Shown: positions 1-10,681 of the stretch, one piece after another
Numbering within the stretch: the stretch's first letter is position 1
How the letters are laid out: every line of letters begins with the position of its first letter
Origin: a virus
IMG/VR virus record: IMGVR_UViG_3300042863_000390
Coordinates: 2,286 to 66,285 of that record
Direction: 5' to 3' (one strand)
DNA: 64,000 nt
The notes under the pieces: generated by a model
The model's input: only the letters and a program-made list of their open reading frames with translations
Told to the model about the DNA's origin: nothing
The model's database searches: none
Made by a program: the position numbers and the translations under genes

Positions 1-66
1 TTCTGAATTTTATTCTATTAATTATAGTACTTTATGTAGTTGGTTAAATAAATCAAGACCTAACAA

Positions 67-83
67 AAGTAATTTTATTTATA
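67..83 (+). promoter_or_regulatory. Candidate class-II (middle/late) promoter AAGTAAT-N6-TATA
   Basis: Same motif precedes several other operon starts (8666, 15826, 37320(-), 46638, 54900, 58681). Confidence 0.4.
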
Positions 84-92
84 TTTAATTTT

Positions 93-368
93 ATGGAAAT
101 AAAAAAAGCAAAACAAGCAATTATACAGGCGGGTAAAGAAGCAGTTGATGAATTAATTAAAGTGGCTAAGTCTCCAATATTAATGGGTAATGAAGATGAT
201 CCAGAACCTGAAAAATTGAAGAATGCTGCTGCCACAAAAAAGCTGGCTATATTTGATGCTTTTGAAATCCTTAGTAGGATTGAAGAGGAAGAAAGAATGT
301 TAGAAGATAGCGAAAAAGAACCAACGGCAAAAACGTTTAAAGGTTTCGCAGAAGGGAGATCCAAATAA
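93..368 (+). CDS. Putative terminase small subunit
   Basis: 91-aa helical protein whose stop overlaps the terminase large subunit start; position-based. Confidence 0.6.
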   Translation: MEIKKAKQAIIQAGKEAVDELIKVAKSPILMGNEDDPEPEKLKNAAATKKLAIFDAFEILSRIEEEERMLEDSEKEPTAKTFKGFAEGRSK

Positions 369-2587
369 TGTACGAAAATACTTTATTCAAAGTTTTACCT
401 GATTATATCAAGTCAAGTGTTTTAAAGAAAGAGAATAGGCTTAAAACATGGAAGTACGGTTATAACAAACAACACGATATAGTTGTTATAAGTAAGACCG
501 GAAAGATTGGTGAAATATACGAGATTCAAAATCTAAAGATTGCTTTACCTCTAATAGAGGATTCATACCAAAGAAGCCCGAAAAAAGAATTACAATATTG
601 GGAGCAATTAGAAGTACCTAAGGAGTTAATTAAAATAAAGAATGTATTCGATTGGAATAAATATCCGGATGCATTTAAAGAGAAGTGGTACGATTACATT
701 GACAATGAATTCAGATACAGAGACGAAGGTTTCTCATTTTATAGTAATGGAACTCCTACATATATAACAGGTACACATTACATGTACCTACAATGGAGTA
801 AAATAGATGTTGGTGCCCCAGACTTTAGAGAATCAAATAGATTGTTCTTTATATTTTGGGAAGCTTGCAAAGCGGATTACAGATGTTACGGAATGTCTTA
901 TTTAAAGAATAGACGTTCTGGATTTTCATTTATGTCTTCCGCAGAACTAGTTAACCAAGCTACTATGTCAAGTGACTCAAGATTTGGTATACTATCTAAA
1001 TCAGGTAGCGATGCTAAAACGATGTTCACTGATAAGGTTGTACCAATATCAATTAACTACCCGTTCTTCTTTAAACCTATCCAAGATGGTATGGATAGAC
1101 CTAAAACAGAGTTAGCATATAGAGTGCCAGCTTCTAAGTTTACAAGAAAGAAATTAGATAATAATGAAAACCCTGAAGAACTTGATGGTCTTGATACAAC
1201 AATTGACTGGAAGAATACAGGAGATAACTCTTATGATGGGGAAAAGCTAAAGCTTTTAGTTCATGATGAAAGTGGTAAATGGCTTAAACCTGATAACATA
1301 TTAAATAACTGGAGGGTTACTAAAACTTGTTTAAGATTAGGTAGTCGTATTATCGGTAAGTGTATGATGGGTTCGACATCAAATGCTTTAGATAAAGGAG
1401 GAGAGAATTTTAAGAAACTTTATTACAACTCAGATGTTACGAAAAGAAACGCCAATGGACAGACTAGCTCAGGATTATATAGTTTGTTCATACCTATGGA
1501 ATGGTCCTACGAGGGATTCATTGATACTTATGGCTTACCTGTCTTCCACACTCCAGAAAAACCAATCAAAGGAATCGACGGAAACGAAATTGAAATAGGT
1601 GTTATTGAGCACTGGCAGAATGAAGTTGATGGTTTAAAGTCAGATTCAGATGGTCTAAATGAATACTACCGACAGTTTCCAAGAACAGAACAACACGCAT
1701 TTAGAGATGAAACAAAACAATCGTTGTTTAATCTTACAAAAATATACGAGCAAATTGATTATAATGCAGACCTACGTTACTCTGGTGTTTTAACACGAGG
1801 GAACTTCCAATGGGATAACGGCATACTAGATACAAGAGTAAGCTTTTATCCAAATAAAGACGGTAGGTTCATAATCTCTTGGGTACCACCTAAACATATG
1901 CAAAACCGCGTAATAATAAAGGATGGGTACAAATATCCTGGTAATGAGCACTGTGGCGCATTTGGATGTGATAGTTACGATATATCCGGGACAGTTGACA
2001 ATAGAGGATCGAATGGATCTCTTCATGGGTTAACAAAGTTTTCAATGGAAGACGTACCAGCAAACCATTTCTTTTTAGAATATATTGCAAGACCTCAGAC
2101 AGCTGAAATATTCTTTGAAGAAGTTTTAATGGCTTGTGTATTTTACGGTATGCCAATACTTGCAGAGAATAACAAAGCAAGACTATTATATCATTTCAAA
2201 AGAAGAGGCTATAGAGGATTCTCAATGAATAGACCTGATAAAGTATGGAATAAGTTATCTCCAGCTGAAAAAGAAATTGGAGGTATACCAAACTCAGGAC
2301 AAGATATTATACAAGCCCACGCAGCAGCAATTGAAACTTACATAGAAAATTATGTAGGAGATTTAGGGGATTCATATGGAGATATGTATTTCCAAAAAAC
2401 ATTAGAAGATTGGGCAAGGTTCAACATAAACGATAGAACAAAGCATGATGCTTCGATAAGTTCTGGGTTAGCTATAATGGCATGTAATAAACACATGTAT
2501 ACGCCAACTAGCAATTTCCAAAAGGATAAGACTCCTTTAAACTTTAAAAGATATAATAATGAAGGTTATAGTTCAAAAATAATATAA
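368..2587 (+). CDS. terL: Terminase large subunit
   Basis: Walker A-like KNRRSGFS, Walker B LLVHDESGK, motif III GST, C-terminal RNase H-like GCDSYD...HDASIS. Confidence 0.9.
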   Translation: MYENTLFKVLPDYIKSSVLKKENRLKTWKYGYNKQHDIVVISKTGKIGEIYEIQNLKIALPLIEDSYQRSPKKELQYWEQLEVPKELIKIKNVFDWNKYPDAFKEKWYDYIDNEFRYRDEGFSFYSNGTPTYITGTHYMYLQWSKIDVGAPDFRESNRLFFIFWEACKADYRCYGMSYLKNRRSGFSFMSSAELVNQATMSSDSRFGILSKSGSDAKTMFTDKVVPISINYPFFFKPIQDGMDRPKTELAYRVPASKFTRKKLDNNENPEELDGLDTTIDWKNTGDNSYDGEKLKLLVHDESGKWLKPDNILNNWRVTKTCLRLGSRIIGKCMMGSTSNALDKGGENFKKLYYNSDVTKRNANGQTSSGLYSLFIPMEWSYEGFIDTYGLPVFHTPEKPIKGIDGNEIEIGVIEHWQNEVDGLKSDSDGLNEYYRQFPRTEQHAFRDETKQSLFNLTKIYEQIDYNADLRYSGVLTRGNFQWDNGILDTRVSFYPNKDGRFIISWVPPKHMQNRVIIKDGYKYPGNEHCGAFGCDSYDISGTVDNRGSNGSLHGLTKFSMEDVPANHFFLEYIARPQTAEIFFEEVLMACVFYGMPILAENNKARLLYHFKRRGYRGFSMNRPDKVWNKLSPAEKEIGGIPNSGQDIIQAHAAAIETYIENYVGDLGDSYGDMYFQKTLEDWARFNINDRTKHDASISSGLAIMACNKHMYTPTSNFQKDKTPLNFKRYNNEGYSSKII

Positions 2588-2590
2588 TAG

Positions 2591-4999
2591 ATGATTTATA
2601 CAAACACTAATAGTTCTTTCCCTACCCAAGTAGTATCAGATGAAGAAAAGCAAAGTCTTGAATATGGAATTCTAGTTGCTAGGGCTATTGAAAACGAATG
2701 GTTTCGTGGAGATAGAGTTGGAGCTGGAACCGGTAATAGATGGGGGTCAAATTGGCAAAACTTTCACAATTTACGTTTATATGCAAGAGGTGAACAATCT
2801 GTACAAAAATACAAAGATGAGTTGTCCGTTAATGGTGACTTATCGTATCTTAATTTAGATTGGAAACCGATTCCTATTATACCTAAGTTCGTAGACATCG
2901 TTGTTAATGGTATATCTAATAAGAACTATGAGATCAAAGCTTATGCCGAAGATCCAGAAGCTGTTCAAGCCAAAACAAAATATGCTGAAGGTATTATAAG
3001 AGATATGATGGCAAAAGACTTATTAGATAGCATCCAATCTAAATTGGGTGTTAATCTATATAATAGTCCAAACCCTAAAGACTTACCTGAAACAAAAGAA
3101 GAATTAGAAATTAAATTGCAATTAGATTACAAACAAGCGATTGAAATTGCAGAAGAAGAAGTAATAAACCAAATATTAGATCGTAATAGATATACTCTAA
3201 TTAATAGAAGACTTAATTATGATTTAACTGTATTAGGTATTGCAGCGGCTAAAACAAACTGGAATGAAGCCAATGGTGTTGTTCTTGAGTATGTTGACCC
3301 TGCTAACCTTGTTTATTCTTATACAGAGGATCCAAACTTCGAAGACATATATTATGTAGGAGAGGTTAAGTCAGTAGCATTAGAGGAGCTTAAAAAAGAA
3401 TTCCCGTATTTAACAGATGATGAATTAAGAGAAATAGAAAAATACCCGGGGAATGCTAATTATACTCGCGACTATTATGGAACTGATACAAATGATAATA
3501 CTGTTCAAGTATTATATTTTGAATATAAAACATATTCTAATCAGGTGTTTAAAATTAAACAAACCGAAAATGGATTAGAAAAAGCGCTTGAAAAACCGGA
3601 TACATTTAATCCGCCAGCCAATGACAATTTTGAAAGAATATCAAGATCAATCGAGGTATTGTATTCAGGCGCAAAAATATTAGGATTTAACAAAATGCTT
3701 AAGTGGGAACTAGCTGAGAATATGACTAGACCACTTGCGGATACTACAAGAGTAGAGATGAATTATACTATCTGTGCTCCTAGAATGTATAAAGGAAGAA
3801 TTGAATCATTAGTAAGCCGTATAACAGGGTTTGCAGATATGATACAATTAACACATTTAAAACTACAACAAGTACTATCAAGAATGGTACCTGATGGAGT
3901 ATTTGTCGATGTTGATGGATTAGCAGAAGTTGATTTGGGTAATGGTACAAACTATAATGCAGCAGAGGCATTAAATATGTATTTCCAAACGGGTAGTATT
4001 GTTGGTAGATCAATGTCTCAAGATGGGGGTCAAAATCCAGGTAAAGTGCCAATCCAGGAATTACAAACATCGTCAGGTAATGCTAAGATAAGTTCTTTAA
4101 TCAGTACTTACCAATATTACTTACAAATGATACGTGATGTAACCGGATTAAACGAAGCAAGAGATGGTAGTACGCCAGATAGAGATGCTTTAGTTGGGTT
4201 ACAGAAAATGGCAGCAGCAAGTTCAAACACTGCAACACGTCACATATTACAATCAAGTTTATTCTTAACATTAAGATTATGTGAGAATATTGCTTTAAGA
4301 ATTAAAGATTCATTAGGATTCCCATTAACTCGTAAAGCACTTATTGAAAGTATATCAGTTTCAAATGTAGAAACATTAAAAGAGATAGAGAATTTAAACT
4401 TGCATGATTTTGGTATCTTCTTAGAATTAGAACCTGAAGAAGAAGATAAAGCACAATTTGAACAAAACATTCAGATTGCTTTACAATCAGGGGGAATTGA
4501 TTTAGAAGATGTAATTGATCTAAGACAAATTAAGAATTTAAAACTAGCTAATCAATCTTTAAAATATAAGAGAAAGAAAAAGTTAGAAAGAGATCAAGCA
4601 AATCAACAAGCAAATATTGCGGCGCAGGGTCAAGCAAATGCACAAGCGTCAGAAGCAGCGGCATTAGCCGAAGTACAAAAGCAACAAGCTTTAGCGCAAA
4701 CTGAGATTCAAATATTACAATCTAAATCTCAATTTGAAATACAAAGAATGCAACAAGAATTAATGCTTGAGAAACAAAGAATGGCAGTTAAGTTTGATTA
4801 CGACATGCAGCTTGCTCAAATGCAATTAGGTGTTGCTCAACAAAAACAAGCTCAAGCAGAAGACCGTAAAGATCAAAGAACAAAGATACAAGCCACACAA
4901 CAATCAGAATTAATAGACCAAAGAAAAAATAATTCATTGCCAAAAGACTTTGAAGGAAGTGAAGATGGATTCGATCTATCACAGTTTGGTCCACAATAA
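2591..4999 (+). CDS. Portal protein
   Basis: 802 aa after terL, PIIPKFVDIVVNG motif, long Q-rich coiled-coil C-terminus typical of podoviral portals. Confidence 0.8.
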   Translation: MIYTNTNSSFPTQVVSDEEKQSLEYGILVARAIENEWFRGDRVGAGTGNRWGSNWQNFHNLRLYARGEQSVQKYKDELSVNGDLSYLNLDWKPIPIIPKFVDIVVNGISNKNYEIKAYAEDPEAVQAKTKYAEGIIRDMMAKDLLDSIQSKLGVNLYNSPNPKDLPETKEELEIKLQLDYKQAIEIAEEEVINQILDRNRYTLINRRLNYDLTVLGIAAAKTNWNEANGVVLEYVDPANLVYSYTEDPNFEDIYYVGEVKSVALEELKKEFPYLTDDELREIEKYPGNANYTRDYYGTDTNDNTVQVLYFEYKTYSNQVFKIKQTENGLEKALEKPDTFNPPANDNFERISRSIEVLYSGAKILGFNKMLKWELAENMTRPLADTTRVEMNYTICAPRMYKGRIESLVSRITGFADMIQLTHLKLQQVLSRMVPDGVFVDVDGLAEVDLGNGTNYNAAEALNMYFQTGSIVGRSMSQDGGQNPGKVPIQELQTSSGNAKISSLISTYQYYLQMIRDVTGLNEARDGSTPDRDALVGLQKMAAASSNTATRHILQSSLFLTLRLCENIALRIKDSLGFPLTRKALIESISVSNVETLKEIENLNLHDFGIFLELEPEEEDKAQFEQNIQIALQSGGIDLEDVIDLRQIKNLKLANQSLKYKRKKKLERDQANQQANIAAQGQANAQASEAAALAEVQKQQALAQTEIQILQSKSQFEIQRMQQELMLEKQRMAVKFDYDMQLAQMQLGVAQQKQAQAEDRKDQRTKIQATQQSELIDQRKNNSLPKDFEGSEDGFDLSQFGPQ

Positions 5000-5031
5000 G
5001 AATACATTAACCAATTTTATATTATCATATT

Positions 5032-6219
5032 ATGTCAGAACAAGTAAAACAAGAGGGGGAATTCAAATTACAAAAGAAGAGATCTCCCATGAAAAAGTTA
5101 GTTAATTCTAATGAAATTTCAAAAGTAGACTTAAGAACAAATAAAACACCAGAAGATGCCGTTCAAATCGAAAACACAGATGAAAGCATGTTGGGCACAA
5201 AACAATCCGAATTGGGATTGCAAGAAGTGGAGCAAGGAAACGAAGAACATCAAACAGTTACCGTTCAAGCTACAGCCCAAGAAGAAGTAACAACAGTAAT
5301 ACAAGAGATTACTCAAGAAGAAGTTGATACTACAGCCGCAACACTCGTTGAAGAGGCAAACAAAGCTATTGAGGTACAAGAAAATACAGGTAAGCCATTA
5401 CCAGAAAATATTAATAAGCTTGTTGCTTTCATGGAAGAAACAGGCGGAACAGTTGAAGACTATGTAAGACTAAGCTACGACTATTCTACTATTGACAGTG
5501 AGGCTTTACTAAAAGAATATTATAAAAAATCAAGACCACATTTAGATTCCGAAGAGATTCAATTCTTAATGGAAGATGAATTTAGTTATGATGAAGATTT
5601 AGATGATGAGCGAGACATCAGAAAAAAGAAACTCGCATTTAAAGAAGAAGTTGCAAAAGCCAAAAACTTTTTGGAAGACCTTAAAGGAAAATATTACGAC
5701 GAGATCAAGTTGAAACCGAGCGTATCTAAGGAACAACAAAAAGCAATGGACTTTTTTAACCGATATAATGAAGAACAGGCAAACGCAGAAGCACTGCATT
5801 CAAAGTTCAAGAATGAGACTAAAGGTTTTTTCTCACAAGAATTCAAAGGTTTTGATTTCAAATTAGGAGAGAAAAATTTTAGATATGGAGTTCAGAACAC
5901 AGAAGCAGTGGCTGATAAACAGTCAAATATAAACAACCTAATCAAGAAGTTCTTGAATGATAAAGGTGAGATCGTTGACATGAAAGGTTATCATAAAGCT
6001 ATGTATGCTGCCGAGAATGCGGATACTATTGCAAATCATTTTTACGAGCAAGGCAAAGCTGATGCTGTAAAAGACATTGTTGCAAAATCCAATAACATAA
6101 CCAATACGCCAAGAGTATCTCCGGCTAATACTGGTTTTATAAATGGGTTCAAAGTTAAAGCTATAAACGGCATTGATTCTTCTAAATTAAGAATACAAAC
6201 AAAAAAATTTAACAATTAA
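5032..6219 (+). CDS. Putative capsid scaffolding protein
   Basis: Acidic, helical 395-aa protein between portal and capsid genes. Confidence 0.55.
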   Translation: MSEQVKQEGEFKLQKKRSPMKKLVNSNEISKVDLRTNKTPEDAVQIENTDESMLGTKQSELGLQEVEQGNEEHQTVTVQATAQEEVTTVIQEITQEEVDTTAATLVEEANKAIEVQENTGKPLPENINKLVAFMEETGGTVEDYVRLSYDYSTIDSEALLKEYYKKSRPHLDSEEIQFLMEDEFSYDEDLDDERDIRKKKLAFKEEVAKAKNFLEDLKGKYYDEIKLKPSVSKEQQKAMDFFNRYNEEQANAEALHSKFKNETKGFFSQEFKGFDFKLGEKNFRYGVQNTEAVADKQSNINNLIKKFLNDKGEIVDMKGYHKAMYAAENADTIANHFYEQGKADAVKDIVAKSNNITNTPRVSPANTGFINGFKVKAINGIDSSKLRIQTKKFNN

Positions 6220-6230
6220 AATTAAAAATT

Positions 6231-7703
6231 ATGGCTAATGTGATTCCACAATTTGGGACAATTAAACCGTCTCAAAAACAACAAGCGCTAGAAACAAATT
6301 ACTTAAACTTTACAAATGGAAGTGGTAATGATTTCGCGCAACAATATTTACCAGAAATCTACGAAGCAGAAGTAGAGCGTTACGGAAACAGAACATTATC
6401 TGGATTCTTACGTATGGTAGGTGCTGAAATGCCTATGTCTTCTGATCAAGTAGTTTGGTCTGAACAAAATAGATTACACATTGCTTACAAAGATGTAACA
6501 TGTGCTTCAGCTACAACTTTAACTTTTTTAACTGGTGGTACTGGTGCTAACTTCGTTAACAACGTTATCTCTGTAGGACAAACCTTAGTGGTTATGAGCC
6601 CTTCTACAGGGAAAGAACTTAAAGTATATGTAACAGCTTCTACAGCAGATGCTGCTACTGGAACTGGTGGCGCTATTAGCCCTGCAGTTATTACTGTTAA
6701 ACCTTATACTCAACAAGATTTGACTCTTGCTGGCTCACCTGCCGGAACTGTTAATTTCACTGGAGCAACAGATCTTAAAATCTTTGTATACGGTTCTGAA
6801 TTTAAGAAAGGTACTACAGATGCTTCTTTAAACTCTGTAACTCCTTCTTTCACTCAATACAGTAACTCTCCAATTATCATCAAAGAAAGATACCAAATCT
6901 CTGGATCTGACACTGCTCAGATTGGATGGGTAGAAGTTGCTACTGAAGATGGAGCTAGTGGGTTCTTATGGTATTTGAAAGCTGAATCTGAAACAAGATT
7001 GCGTTTTGAGGATTATTTAGAAATGTCTGTAATTGAGGGTGAATTAGTTGGCGGAGGTTCTACTTTAGGTAGCGTTAACAGCATTAAAGGAACACAAGGT
7101 CTTTTTGCTGCTGTTAAAGAAAGAGGTAATGTTGTAAATAACTTTACTGCTGCTGCTGGTTTATCTGACTTTGATTCAATCTTGAAAAACTTAGATACTC
7201 AAGGAGCTATTGAAGAAAACATGTTCTTCTTAAACAGAGCTACTTCTCTTGACTTCGATGATATGTTGGCTTCTTTATCTTCTGGTGCTGCTGGAGGTGT
7301 TGCTTACGGTTTATTCGAAAACTCTGAGCAAATGGCATTGAACTTAGGATTCTCTGGATTCAGAAGAGGTTCTTACGATTTCTACAAAACTGACTGGAAA
7401 TACTTAAATGATGCATCTACTCGTGGAGGTATGAATAATACATCTATCGATGGTATCCTTATTCCTGCTGGAACATCTACTGTATACGATCAACAATTAG
7501 GTACTAACATCCGTAGACCTTTCTTGCACGTTCGTTACAGAGCTAGTCAAGCTGATGACAGAAGAATGAAAAACTGGATCACTGGATCTGTTGGAGGTGC
7601 TTACACTTCTGATCTTGATGCAATGCAAGTACACTTCTTGTCTGAAAGATGTTTAGTTACACAAGCAGCTAACAATTTCGTATTGTTTACTTCTTCAAAC
7701 TAA
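6231..7703 (+). CDS. Major capsid protein
   Basis: 490 aa, strongly biased codons, position after scaffold, followed by a terminator. Confidence 0.8.
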   Translation: MANVIPQFGTIKPSQKQQALETNYLNFTNGSGNDFAQQYLPEIYEAEVERYGNRTLSGFLRMVGAEMPMSSDQVVWSEQNRLHIAYKDVTCASATTLTFLTGGTGANFVNNVISVGQTLVVMSPSTGKELKVYVTASTADAATGTGGAISPAVITVKPYTQQDLTLAGSPAGTVNFTGATDLKIFVYGSEFKKGTTDASLNSVTPSFTQYSNSPIIIKERYQISGSDTAQIGWVEVATEDGASGFLWYLKAESETRLRFEDYLEMSVIEGELVGGGSTLGSVNSIKGTQGLFAAVKERGNVVNNFTAAAGLSDFDSILKNLDTQGAIEENMFFLNRATSLDFDDMLASLSSGAAGGVAYGLFENSEQMALNLGFSGFRRGSYDFYKTDWKYLNDASTRGGMNNTSIDGILIPAGTSTVYDQQLGTNIRRPFLHVRYRASQADDRRMKNWITGSVGGAYTSDLDAMQVHFLSERCLVTQAANNFVLFTSSN

Positions 7704-7708
7704 TATGT

Positions 7709-7754
7709 GGTGATATTACCCCTGTTGAATTTACGGGGGTAATTATTACCTTTT
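7709..7754 (+). terminator. Intrinsic terminator after capsid gene
   Basis: Hairpin GGTGATATTACCCCTGT/ACGGGGGTAATTATTACC followed by TTTT. Confidence 0.7.
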
Positions 7755-7782
7755 AAAACAAATTATTAAATTATATTATATT

Positions 7783-8664
7783 ATGGCAATAGCAAAAAAA
7801 CAAACAGCACCAAGTAGTGCAAAATCACAAGTTACAGTACAAGACGTTGATATGGTTAATGAAATAGAAGTTAACGAACCTACACTGGTAATTGATGAAA
7901 AAAAATACGCAAAAAAAGACTCTGCACCGACCTGGGAAATAAAAGATAGAACTTACCTGTTAGCGGATAATAATTCTCCTATAACATATACATTACAAGG
8001 TAAGCATACTCTTAGATACCCATTATTGTGGTTTGACAAAAAAACAGGTCAACAAGAAGAAATAAGATATGCGACAAATCAAAATTCGCCATTAGTTAGC
8101 GAACAAAAAGGTCAAGTAACATTAGGGCACATTATCTTTGAAGAAGGTGTTTTAAATGTTCCAAAAGAAAAGCAAAACTTACAAAAGCTATTATCTTTAT
8201 ATCACCCTGGTTTAGGAAACAAATATACAGAATTTGATCCTACAATGGAAGCTGAAGATGATTTAGATTATTTAGAAATGGAAGTTGAAGCAATGAATAT
8301 GGCTTTTGAAATGGACATCGATGCTGCAGAAGCAATTGTTCGTGTGGAAGTTGGATCTAGAGTTAATAAAATGAGTTCTAAAGAAATAAAAAGAGACTTA
8401 TTATTATTCGCTAGAAAGAATCCTTCTTTGTTCATTGAGTTAGCAAACGATGAAAATGTTCATCTTAGAAATTTAGCTATTAGAGCTACAGAATCAAATA
8501 TAATAAAACTATCACATGATCAAAGAACATTTATGTGGGGAGAGAATGATAGAAAATTGATAACTGTACCATTTGATGAAAATCCATACTCAGCGATGGC
8601 CGCATTCTTTAAAACTGATGAAGGTATTCAAGTCTTCCAGTCGATAGAGAAAAAATTAAAATAA
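7783..8664 (+). CDS. Conserved morphogenesis-region protein
   Basis: 293-aa clean ORF between capsid and tail genes. Confidence 0.6.
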   Translation: MAIAKKQTAPSSAKSQVTVQDVDMVNEIEVNEPTLVIDEKKYAKKDSAPTWEIKDRTYLLADNNSPITYTLQGKHTLRYPLLWFDKKTGQQEEIRYATNQNSPLVSEQKGQVTLGHIIFEEGVLNVPKEKQNLQKLLSLYHPGLGNKYTEFDPTMEAEDDLDYLEMEVEAMNMAFEMDIDAAEAIVRVEVGSRVNKMSSKEIKRDLLLFARKNPSLFIELANDENVHLRNLAIRATESNIIKLSHDQRTFMWGENDRKLITVPFDENPYSAMAAFFKTDEGIQVFQSIEKKLK

Positions 8665-8665
8665 T

Positions 8666-8683
8666 ACGTAATACTAATATATA
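8666..8683 (+). promoter_or_regulatory. Candidate class-II promoter ACGTAAT-N7-TATA
   Basis: Shared motif; followed by hairpin AGGCGGTGGC/GTTACCGCCT. Confidence 0.45.
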
Positions 8684-8729
8684 GGCGGTGGCTAAGGTTA
8701 CCGCCTTAATATTATAATAAAAATAACAA

Positions 8730-9425
8730 ATGGCAATAAGTGTAGATACGGTTTATAGAACCGTTTTATTAATCATAAATAAGGAGCAAAGAGGTTATAT
8801 AACTCCTGATGAATTTAATAAAACAGCAACTCAAGTACAGCTTGAAATATTTAACGATTACTTTGACAGTTTAAATCAACAAATCCGTGTACCGGATAAT
8901 GATACAGAGTATGCTGATCGTGTAAAAAATTTACAACAAAAAATTGCAATCTTCCAAACAGATGGGGTGTGTGCTCCTATAGCAGGTGGATTTAATATAC
9001 CAGCAGTAAACGACTTTTATAAGTTAGGTACTGTAATATATAATGATGACAAAGAAGTTCAATACGTTCAACCAAATGAACTATTAGAGCTTAACCTATC
9101 GCCAATTACTAAACCTACAAAGTATTGGCCAGTATATACCTTTAAAGATTTTATAATCAAGGTATACCCAACAACGATAACTTCTGGAATTACTTGTACT
9201 TATGTTAGAAAGCCCGCTGATCCGGTATGGAATTTTACTTTAGGTCCAAACCAACAATATATATACGATGCCATCTCATCAGTTCAATTTGAATTGCATC
9301 CAATAGAACAAACTAACTTAATAACTAGAATATTACTTTATTCAGGTATAGTTATTAAAGATCCACAAATTGTACAAATCGCTGCGCAACAAGTGCAAGC
9401 AGAAAGTATTAATTCAAAAAGCTAA
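8730..9425 (+). CDS. Putative head-tail adaptor / tail ring protein
   Basis: NKEQRGYITPDEFN and YVRKP motifs recalled from ring/adaptor proteins of Bacteroidota podoviruses; position. Confidence 0.6.
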   Translation: MAISVDTVYRTVLLIINKEQRGYITPDEFNKTATQVQLEIFNDYFDSLNQQIRVPDNDTEYADRVKNLQQKIAIFQTDGVCAPIAGGFNIPAVNDFYKLGTVIYNDDKEVQYVQPNELLELNLSPITKPTKYWPVYTFKDFIIKVYPTTITSGITCTYVRKPADPVWNFTLGPNQQYIYDAISSVQFELHPIEQTNLITRILLYSGIVIKDPQIVQIAAQQVQAESINSKS

Positions 9426-9431
9426 TAAAAA

Positions 9432-10676
9432 ATGCCGACACCAAATGACGGTTTAATTACCGAAACAAACAGACAATACTACGAAGGAGCACAGGGGTTT
9501 ATTGCTAGTGGTACCGAAAGAGTTTTTATTACAACATTTAATACAGATTTGATATTTGGTAGCTACGATCCAAATAATACCAACTACGCTTTAAATAACT
9601 TTAAAGTATATCAAAGCCCATACGGAACTCCTGGAACATTTAATGAAATAATTACCGCATATACAGTAGCGAATAATGTAATAACACTTCCTACTAATCC
9701 GGCGGCTGGTACTTATATTGTTGTACAATTAAAAGTTTTAACTGGCGGAAATTACGGAGATCCAAATGATCCTGCAACATTAGCTTATGGTAACACCGTA
9801 GAAGACAATTATGGAGGTTATGCCTACATATCTTTAAATGATGTTATTAATAATTTTATGGTTGCTTACGTGGGTCCTGGTAAGCTAATAACGGATGTTA
9901 AAAGAACAGATGTTATATTCCATGCTAAAAGAGGATTACAAGAATTCAGTTATGATACTTTAAAGAGTGTTAAGTCTGTAGAGTGGAATATACCTCACAG
10001 TTTAAGTTTACCAATACCACAGGATTATGTTAACTATGTAAAATGTTCATGGGTTGACAGGCATGGTATTAAACACGTTATTTACCCTACCACATTAACA
10101 AGTAACCCAACTCAACCAAATGTTCAAGATTCTTTAGGTAATCCAGTTCAGGATAACTTTGGTAATAACATTGACGGAGTATCATTAACTGATGAGCGTT
10201 GGGGACATAATAATATAGATTTTATATTAAACGATATTGTTTGGAATGGCGACGCATTTGCTTATGATGATTATGGTTATGGCTATGGCTATGGTTATGG
10301 TGGTACATATGGCAGAAGATACGGCGGAGATCCACAATATATGAACTTTAATGGAACATTCACTATAAACGAAAGAGAAAATAAATTTTCATTTAGTAGT
10401 GATCTTGTTGGAGCTTTAATAATATTAGAATATATATCTGATGGATTAGCTTATGACATGGATACTAAGGTTCCTAAAATGGCTGAGGAAGCGATGTACT
10501 TACATATTTTGCACAGTATCCTTAGCGTTAGATCAAGCAGCCCAGAATACTTAGTTCAAAGATTTAAAAGAGAAAGATTTGCGGCATTAAGAAATGCTAA
10601 GATAAGATTATCAAATATTAAGTTAGAAGAGATTACTCAGGTTATGAGAGGTAAGTCTAAATGGATTAAACACTAA
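9432..10676 (+). CDS. Putative tail ring/tubular protein
   Basis: 414 aa, LPIPQDYVNYVK and LEYISDG motifs; position. Confidence 0.55.
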   Translation: MPTPNDGLITETNRQYYEGAQGFIASGTERVFITTFNTDLIFGSYDPNNTNYALNNFKVYQSPYGTPGTFNEIITAYTVANNVITLPTNPAAGTYIVVQLKVLTGGNYGDPNDPATLAYGNTVEDNYGGYAYISLNDVINNFMVAYVGPGKLITDVKRTDVIFHAKRGLQEFSYDTLKSVKSVEWNIPHSLSLPIPQDYVNYVKCSWVDRHGIKHVIYPTTLTSNPTQPNVQDSLGNPVQDNFGNNIDGVSLTDERWGHNNIDFILNDIVWNGDAFAYDDYGYGYGYGYGGTYGRRYGGDPQYMNFNGTFTINERENKFSFSSDLVGALIILEYISDGLAYDMDTKVPKMAEEAMYLHILHSILSVRSSSPEYLVQRFKRERFAALRNAKIRLSNIKLEEITQVMRGKSKWIKH

Positions 10677-10681
10677 AATAA

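Noticed and set aside
10271-10303. TATGGY hexamer tandem (YGYGYG)
   Set aside because: In-frame low-complexity loop, no sign of a switching function
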